Assembly (NCBI GenBank): GCA_963774445.1
Contig: CAVZFC010000035.1
Span: 69,470 to 133,469 of the forward strand
Length of the DNA: 64,000 nt
Source: an uncultured delta proteobacterium
GTDB taxonomy: Bacteria > Myxococcota_A > Polyangia > Haliangiales > Haliangiaceae
Reading direction: 5' to 3'
Shown: in pieces, positions 54,587-64,000 of the stretch
Position numbering within the stretch: position 1 is the first letter of the stretch
How the letters are laid out: each line of letters opens with the position of its first letter
The notes under the pieces: model-generated
Seen by the model: the letters and a program-made list of their open reading frames with translations, nothing else
The model's database searches: none
What the model was told of the DNA's origin: nothing
Position numbers and translations under genes: made by a program

Positions 54587-54628
54587 GCCGGCGGCGCTTC
54601 CCCCGAGGCGCCGCCGGCTCCGTTTTTC
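54587..54628. terminator. GC-rich hairpin followed by a T5 tract (terminator-like, plus-strand sense)
   Basis: ccggcggcgcttcccccgaggcgccgccgg followed by ctccgttttt, between the Spy-like gene and acnA. Confidence 0.3.
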
Positions 54629-54664
54629 GGCCGCGCACGCTGGCGCGCGCGCCGCAACCGGCGG

Positions 54665-57337
<2,673 letters not shown>

Positions 57338-57439
57338 TCTTCGTCGTCCTCTGCTGGTGCGTGCGCGCGGCGATGATAGGATGCGCGGCACGATGCCCTC
57401 GCTTCTCGAAAGGCGGCGCACTATAGCACGGGGCCCGCG

Positions 57440-58624
57440 ATGAGCGCGGCCGACGACGTGGTCACGGACGACGCGCGCGTTGCCGAAATCGCTCGCGAAA
57501 TCGCCGACGCCGGCGAGCTGTTCTTCGACCTCGAGTTCGTCAGCGAAGCCCGCCTGGTGCCCGAGCTCGCGCTGGTGCAAGTGGCGTGGGGCGACGTGGT
57601 TACTCCCGAGGTCGCCATCCTCGATTGCCTGGCGGTGAATCCCGCTCCGATCTTCGAGCTGATCGAGGACGCCGCGGTGCCGACCGTCGCCCACGCCGCG
57701 ATTCAGGATCTGGGGCTTCTGGCCACCCGCTTCGACGTGCACGCGAAACGCCTCTGGGACACCCAGGTGGCGGCCGCGTTCTGCGGCGTCGGCGATCAGA
57801 TCGGCTACGGCGGGCTGATCAAGTCTCTGGTCGGCGTCGAGCTCGACAAGGGCGCGCAGTTCACCGCGTGGCTCGAACGCCCGCTGTCCGAGCGGCAGCT
57901 CGCCTACGCGCGCAGCGACGTCTTCTATCTGCCGCGCGCCTGGCGCGAGCTCGAGCAGCGGCTCGAAGCGCGCGGGCGCCTCTCCTGGGTCGAAGCCGAG
58001 TGCGCGGAAGTCGCCGCCGGCGCCACCGGGCTACCCGAGCCGCGGGAGGCGTTTCGCAACCTCAAGGGCTGGAAGGGCCTCGACCCCCGGCAGCTCGGTG
58101 CCCTGCGCGCGCTCGCCGCCTGGCGCCAGGAGACCGCGGTGGCCAAGAACAAGCCGCTGTCGTGGGTGCTGCCCGAGCGGGCGATGATCGAGCTCTGCCG
58201 CCGCCGTGCCCGCGGTGCCCGTGACCTGGAAAGCGTTCGCGGTGTCGGCCCTGGCACCGTGCGCCGCTACGGCGCCGAGATCCTCGAAGCCATGGCGAAC
58301 GGCGCCAAGGATCCGGTTGACGTGCCGCGCCAGCGCCGAGGTGGCGAGCCGTCGAGCCGTGGCCAGCTGTGGACGCAGATCGTCCTGGGCATCGTACAGG
58401 CGCGCTGCGCCGAGGCCGAGATTGCCCCGCGCTTCGTCGGCACCCGCGCCGACGCCGAGGCGCTGGTCGCCTGGTTCGAAGCCGGCGCCGCTGGCGATCC
58501 GGACCTCGAGCTACTCCGCGGCTGGCGCCGCGAGCTGGTCGGCGACGATCTCCTCGCGTGGCTGCGCGGCGAGAAGGCCGTGGTCGCCAGCACCGACGGC
58601 CCCGGCGCCGTGACCCTGAAGTAA
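57440..58624 (+). CDS. rnd: Ribonuclease D
   Basis: DEDDy 3'-5' exonuclease domain (FFDLEFV…YARSDVFYL) plus HRDC domain. Confidence 0.9.
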   Translation: MSAADDVVTDDARVAEIAREIADAGELFFDLEFVSEARLVPELALVQVAWGDVVTPEVAILDCLAVNPAPIFELIEDAAVPTVAHAAIQDLGLLATRFDVHAKRLWDTQVAAAFCGVGDQIGYGGLIKSLVGVELDKGAQFTAWLERPLSERQLAYARSDVFYLPRAWRELEQRLEARGRLSWVEAECAEVAAGATGLPEPREAFRNLKGWKGLDPRQLGALRALAAWRQETAVAKNKPLSWVLPERAMIELCRRRARGARDLESVRGVGPGTVRRYGAEILEAMANGAKDPVDVPRQRRGGEPSSRGQLWTQIVLGIVQARCAEAEIAPRFVGTRADAEALVAWFEAGAAGDPDLELLRGWRRELVGDDLLAWLRGEKAVVASTDGPGAVTLK

Positions 58625-58635
58625 ACGGCGGGCCG

Positions 58636-59130
58636 TCACACCTGCCCGTGACTCTCGAGGAACCAGAGATCCTCCTCGAGCCCGCGCAGCATGGTGACCA
58701 GCAGATCCTCGGACGCCGGCTCGCCGATCTCGGCCATGGTGCGGATGTCGTTGCGCACGCGCTCGGTCAGCGTCTGGTAGCGCTCGGCCAGACAGTGAAT
58801 GTGTGCGCGCCCGTCGACCGCGCGCGTGTCGTACTCCGGCAAGATCGACGACGTCGCCGCCATGCGGATCGTACCGGCCGCGTAGCCGCCGAGCATCGAC
58901 ACGCGCTCGGCCAGCGTGTCGCCGTACGTCCGCAGCCGGTCGGCGAGCCGATCGAACAGCTCGTGCCGCGACACAAAGTGCGGACCCTTGATGTTCCAGT
59001 GTGCCTGCTTCACCTGCGAGTACAGATCGATCGTGCTCGCCGTGAGCACGTTGAGCTCCTCGATGATCGGCGCGCGCCGCTCCGGCACCACCGCGATGCG
59101 TGTGGGAAAACGATTGGCTGTCATGTTCAT
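58636..59130 (-). CDS. dps: DNA starvation/stationary-phase protection protein (Dps, ferritin-like)
   Basis: Ferroxidase-site residues (…HWNIKGPHF…). RBS (aggagg). Start at MNMTANR. Confidence 0.85.
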   Translation of the reverse strand: MNMTANRFPTRIAVVPERRAPIIEELNVLTASTIDLYSQVKQAHWNIKGPHFVSRHELFDRLADRLRTYGDTLAERVSMLGGYAAGTIRMAATSSILPEYDTRAVDGRAHIHCLAERYQTLTERVRNDIRTMAEIGEPASEDLLVTMLRGLEEDLWFLESHGQV

Positions 59131-59275
59131 GCAAACTCCTCCTTTCGCGAGTTCGCCCGCTGCTGGTGCACGCACCGGGCCAAGCCCGAGAGGTGCCGCC
59201 TGACGGCCTCCAGGATCGTCGGGCCTATGGCGCAGCGTCACATGTGGCGTAATGACACGGCGCGCCCGTCGCCGG

Positions 59276-59797
59276 CTAGCCGTCGAGCTCGCCGTCGGCG
59301 TCGCCGTTGGGCGCGATCCGCACGGCGGTGCCGCTGGCGACCAGGAACAGCATCTCCTTGCCGCCGCCCGAAATCTCGCTGTAGGCGAGACTCACCGCGA
59401 TCACCGCGTTGGCCCCGACCGACGCCGCCTCACCCCGCAATTCGGACAGGCAGGTCTGGCGAGCACGCCGCAGCAACTTCTGCGTCGTTCCGCTTCGGCC
59501 CCCGATCGCATCGGTGAGACCACTGAGTAGCTCTTTGAAGATGCTCACACCGAGCACGCATTCCGCGGTCACGATGTCGATGGTCTCCTCGACGCGATAG
59601 CCCTCGAGCCACGGCGCCGTCGTGAGCACGACCGCCGAGCTGCCCGCGACCTTTTCCTGCACGCGCACGTCGATCTCGCGGACTGACTCGCACTCCTCGC
59701 AGATCGCCGTGTTCTGAAAATCCGACGGATACTCGAATCGGTGGGGCGTTGACTGCCCGCAGGCGTCGCAGTGGAGGTTGGTTCGATATACGGCCAT
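59276..59797 (-). CDS. N-terminal zinc-ribbon fused to YbjQ/UPF0145 (putative heavy-metal-binding) domain protein
   Basis: HCDACG…CEEC zinc ribbon. YbjQ-like core (…ANAVIAVSLAYSEISGGGKEMLFLVASGTAV). Confidence 0.7.
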   Translation of the reverse strand: MAVYRTNLHCDACGQSTPHRFEYPSDFQNTAICEECESVREIDVRVQEKVAGSSAVVLTTAPWLEGYRVEETIDIVTAECVLGVSIFKELLSGLTDAIGGRSGTTQKLLRRARQTCLSELRGEAASVGANAVIAVSLAYSEISGGGKEMLFLVASGTAVRIAPNGDADGELDG

Positions 59798-59814
59798 GGC
59801 GGACCGTAGCACCT

Positions 59815-60339
59815 TCACTGCGCGCAGTTGGTGATCCACGCATTCAGCAGTGACTGGTCGCTCACGGTCGGGCGGGGCAGCGGCTCCACGCCGATCGGCT
59901 GTGCGGGCGGCATCTCTTCATGGACGATGAGATCGTAGATCCGCGAGACAGCGGGGGCGCCCGGCGCCACGAACCGCATCCCCTGGGACGGGTCGTCGGG
60001 ATCGGGCACCGTTGCAGACCGCGCGGTGGTGAGCCGCGCCGGGTCGAGGACGAAGTCGAACGGCGGCTGGCCCTGGCGAGCGCCGTCGTCTCCGCCGCCG
60101 TGGCAGCCGCCGCAGGTGGCGTCGAGCATGGCGCGGGTGTCCAGCCAGGTCGCCTCGCACGCATCGGTGGTCGTGGTGCCGTCGGGAAGCTCGATCGGCG
60201 GCGTGTCCAGTGCGGGTCCGGTCGGCTCGTCCGAGCCACTGACCGATTCGATGTCGAGCTCCTGAAAGCATGCGGTTGCAAGTGGCGCGCACAGCGCCAA
60301 TAGCAGGACAGTGCGGCGGGCAATGCGTGGGCGGCTCAA
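59815..60339 (-). CDS. PSCyt1-like mono-heme c-type cytochrome lipoprotein (CxxCH)
   Basis: Signal peptide with lipobox (PLATAC). CGGCH heme motif. …SRIYDLI…MPP…LLNAWI match PSCyt1 hallmarks. Confidence 0.6.
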   Translation of the reverse strand: MSRPRIARRTVLLLALCAPLATACFQELDIESVSGSDEPTGPALDTPPIELPDGTTTTDACEATWLDTRAMLDATCGGCHGGGDDGARQGQPPFDFVLDPARLTTARSATVPDPDDPSQGMRFVAPGAPAVSRIYDLIVHEEMPPAQPIGVEPLPRPTVSDQSLLNAWITNCAQ

Positions 60340-61289
60340 AATTCACCTCGGATGCTGGCGATGCCGCCGCCGCGCGTGGGCTCGACGTCGACCCGATACG
60401 GCGACCAGGCGCGCCACAGCAGATACGCGCCCGAGGCGAGCGCGAAGCCGCCGACGCCCAGCGAGACGTTGGCCGAGATGTACAGCTTGCGCACGTGCTC
60501 GAAGCTGGCGCGCGGGCAGTTGGGCGAGCACGCGCTCAGCGCGGCGTTGTCCTGGCGGCCCCAATAAGTGAGCAGGCCGTAGCCGGTGACGCCTACCGCG
60601 CCCAGGCCGATCAGCAGGTAACCGGGCAGCCGAGACCGCCGCCTGGTCGCGGTGGTGAGCTCCGCCGGCTCGGACACCAGGTCCTGGCGCACCCGCTTGC
60701 GCGACGCCGGCTTCGCAGCTGCCTTCGCCGGTGTCGCCGCGTGCGGTCTCTCGGCCTGGCCGCGCGTGTGCAGCTGCACGTCGATCCGCCGATTGCGCTC
60801 GCCCTGGCGCGCGACGATCTTGCGCCGGGCGAACACGCCGTCGGCCTCGGTCTCGAACGCGAGCTGGTGCAGCCCCGGCTCGAGCTCGATCGCCAGCCCG
60901 TCGATCTCCTCGGCGACCATGACGCCGTCCAGCCAGACGTTGACCTCGACGACCGGGTCGCCTGCGTCGTCGGTCACCGCCGGGACCACCGACGGGATGT
61001 CGTCGCCGATGCGCGAGTACCCGACCGTGCACTGGTGCTCCAGGAACTGGCCGCACGCCGGGATGCCGCACCGCCGCAGCAGCGCCTTGGCCTCGAACAG
61101 CTGTCCGTCGCGCTCGGCGCGCTGCGCTTCGAGGTAGGTGCGCTTGCACGCGCGCCCCGCGTCGCCGCGCTGACCAGTGCGCGGTGACGTGCGGTGCGCG
61201 GTCTTGCGATGTCTGCTCGGTCGGGCCGATGCCGTGGATGCCCACAAAAGGGCCGCCGCGGTCGCGCACGCCAGCGCCACGCGCGTCAT
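60336..61289 (-). CDS. hypothetical secreted Cys-rich protein with C-terminal double-TM anchor
   Basis: Signal peptide (MTRVALACATAAALLWASTASA). Cys-rich N-terminal module. Lys/Ala/Pro linker. Two C-terminal TM helices flanking CSPNCP. 4-nt overlaps with both neighbours. Confidence 0.5.
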   Translation of the reverse strand: MTRVALACATAAALLWASTASARPSRHRKTAHRTSPRTGQRGDAGRACKRTYLEAQRAERDGQLFEAKALLRRCGIPACGQFLEHQCTVGYSRIGDDIPSVVPAVTDDAGDPVVEVNVWLDGVMVAEEIDGLAIELEPGLHQLAFETEADGVFARRKIVARQGERNRRIDVQLHTRGQAERPHAATPAKAAAKPASRKRVRQDLVSEPAELTTATRRRSRLPGYLLIGLGAVGVTGYGLLTYWGRQDNAALSACSPNCPRASFEHVRKLYISANVSLGVGGFALASGAYLLWRAWSPYRVDVEPTRGGGIASIRGEF

Positions 61290-62770
61290 GGCGTCGCCTC
61301 CTGCTCGGTGATCACGAACTGGCTGAGCACGTGGCTGACGTTGAGCAGCTTCGGCTGCAGCACGAGGACACCGTCGCGATCCTGGTCGAGCGGGATGCCG
61401 CGCGCCGTGATCGCCTGCGTGCTGTGGCACGAGAAGCAGTTGGGGAATGCAGCTGGCGACTGGGTGAACGATTCCATCGCCGTGCTCGACAGCCGGTCCT
61501 CGCCGGCCAGGATGGAGAAGTCGCTGTCCGAGCCGTTCTTGGTGATGTCGTTGACGTACCCCGACTGGTCGAAGAACGGGCTCGATTCGTCGTTTTGCAG
61601 GCTGGCGTCGTTGGTGAAGTACTCCGGCTTGTCCATCCACAGGGCACCGACCAGCCGGTAGTGCCCGCGCTTGTCGGTAGGGTCGACCGACGCGCTGGCG
61701 AACAGCGCCTCGACGTTGGCGTTCAGCGACGAGACATCATCGTCTGGCTCGATCGTGCTGGACTTCGACGCGGGGAACATGCGGTAGATCGAGGTCTGCT
61801 GCTCGGGGAACTTCTGTGTCGCCTCGTCGAGCTGCAGGTCGGCCTCGCCGATCGCCTGATTGGCCGCGTTCGCGGGTGTGCCCGCGTGGTACAGGACGAA
61901 GTCGGTGTCGCTCACCGCGCGGTCGTCGTGCAGGTTGTTCGGATCGGCCGGGTCGGGATTCAGGTCGGTGGTCGGCGCCACGTCGCGGTGACCGTCGGAT
62001 GCGCGGGTGTCGGGCGTGCCGTTGCTGTGCTCGAACGTGCCCCAGATGAACTCGGGGTGGCCGGGGAGTGTGAACACGACGTGCAGCGCGAGTAGCCGCG
62101 CGGTGACCGGGCGTGGTGTGGTCCGGTCCTCGACGATGCGGTGGTTGGCGTCCATCGACAGGGTGGGGACCGTGGTCTGGATGGTGATGTAGTCGTCGGT
62201 CGAGTCGCCTGGCTCCACGATCTGCCAGGCAGACTTGAACTCGACGACGCCGGCGGGGAAGAACAGCTTGGGGTCAGCGTCCACGATCCCCTGCGCGGTG
62301 CGCAGTCCGTTCGCGTCGATGAAGTCGGCGAATGCCTGGTTCACGTGGATGGCGTAGAAGATCGGGTTGCCGTGCTGATCGATCAAGATCTGGCGCCCGC
62401 CCGCCTGGCGGAGGAATCCGAGCTCCGACCACGTGGCCGGCGCGGGATGAACCGAATCGAACAGCGTCTGGATGGTCGGATACGACAGGATCGCCGGCTT
62501 GCCCCCGGCGTCCGGCTGCATCGCGATCAGGAAGTTCTGCCAGGCGCCGCGATAGAACGCGCACTCGGGCGCCGGGTGGGGCAGGGGTTTGAACAGATCC
62601 AGCGCCGGTGTGTTGGGAAGCCACTCCGCGCTCGCGGCGCAGACGTCCTCTCCCTGCGGCTCGGGGTTGAACTCGAACGGGTCGTGGCAGGCCGCCACGG
62701 CGAGGAGCAGAAGCGCTGCCGCGGTCGAGACGCGGTGGCGAGCCAGGTCTTGTCGCGCCAGTAAAGACAC
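61286..62770 (-). CDS. hypothetical lipoprotein with C-terminal CxxCH heme-binding motif
   Basis: Signal peptide with lipobox (LLAVAAC). Single CFSCH near the C-terminus. No family I recognise. Confidence 0.55.
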   Translation of the reverse strand: MSLLARQDLARHRVSTAAALLLLAVAACHDPFEFNPEPQGEDVCAASAEWLPNTPALDLFKPLPHPAPECAFYRGAWQNFLIAMQPDAGGKPAILSYPTIQTLFDSVHPAPATWSELGFLRQAGGRQILIDQHGNPIFYAIHVNQAFADFIDANGLRTAQGIVDADPKLFFPAGVVEFKSAWQIVEPGDSTDDYITIQTTVPTLSMDANHRIVEDRTTPRPVTARLLALHVVFTLPGHPEFIWGTFEHSNGTPDTRASDGHRDVAPTTDLNPDPADPNNLHDDRAVSDTDFVLYHAGTPANAANQAIGEADLQLDEATQKFPEQQTSIYRMFPASKSSTIEPDDDVSSLNANVEALFASASVDPTDKRGHYRLVGALWMDKPEYFTNDASLQNDESSPFFDQSGYVNDITKNGSDSDFSILAGEDRLSSTAMESFTQSPAAFPNCFSCHSTQAITARGIPLDQDRDGVLVLQPKLLNVSHVLSQFVITEQEATP

Positions 62771-62946
62771 AGTGCTGTCATCAGCAGCAATCGCTGATCC
62801 ACCCGAGCATCACGCTGTAACTGTCCGAAATGTGCACACTCGCGGGTCGCGCGGCCGAGGGCCCCGATGGCCGCAGCCATCGGAGCCGGGTAGGTTTGCC
62901 CCGGGCAGGACCGTCGACATCGGGGAGGTCCTTCCCCTTGTCGCGC

Positions 62947-64000
<1,054 letters not shown>

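Noticed and set aside
58369-59517. 382-aa plus-strand ORF
   Set aside because: Antisense to dps and the YbjQ-like gene. Arg-rich.

Overview
This is a very GC-rich (about 70-75%) chromosomal segment that looks myxobacterial or another high-GC deltaproteobacterium. The evidence is two AgmX/PglI C-terminal-domain proteins, a Ser/Thr kinase with TPR repeats, many lipoproteins, and several CxxCH cytochrome-like proteins. I can support about 54 protein-coding genes, mostly housekeeping, envelope and redox functions. I see no rRNA, tRNA, CRISPR array, transposase or integrase.

Recognisable modules:
- Cytochrome pair (1.4-3.2 kb): a PSCyt1-like lipoprotein translationally coupled to a pentaheme c-type cytochrome lipoprotein.
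- Flotillin operon (18.2-21.6 kb): NfeD followed by two flotillins, preceded by a sigma-54-type -24/-12 promoter and divergently transcribed from a sigma-54 enhancer-binding activator.
- Periplasmic defence pair (29.0-36.8 kb): the conserved alpha-2-macroglobulin and PBP1C pair. The A2M reading frame is broken by an apparent frameshift.
- Sulfur-trafficking genes: a persulfide-dioxygenase-rhodanese fusion, a rhodanese lipoprotein and a cysteine-desulfurase-like enzyme.
- Surface vWA protein: a VIT-vWA protein with a C-terminal outer-membrane beta-barrel, followed by an MshEN-type domain protein.
- Lipid-acquisition cluster (47.2-52.1 kb): a lipase-like lipoprotein, a FadL transporter and an ATP-grasp enzyme. 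A 22-bp perfect palindrome sits in an AT-rich leader upstream.
- Three-component module: a His-rich sensor kinase, an OmpR-family regulator and a Spy/CpxP/ZraP-like periplasmic protein.
- Single housekeeping genes: acnA, rnd, dps and panD.

The most novel-looking element is a tightly overlapping four-gene minus-strand operon (59.3-62.8 kb). It encodes two uncharacterised CxxCH lipoproteins (one PSCyt1-like), a Cys-rich protein with a C-terminal double-TM anchor, and a zinc-ribbon-YbjQ/UPF0145 protein, immediately upstream of dps. I suggest it is an undescribed periplasmic redox or metal-stress system.

At least four genes show frame breaks at short homopolymer runs (8.83, 10.51, 33.6 and 37.4 kb). 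These are most economically explained as assembly indels.

My manually derived start coordinates may be off by 1-3 nt. Coordinates taken from the ORF track are exact.
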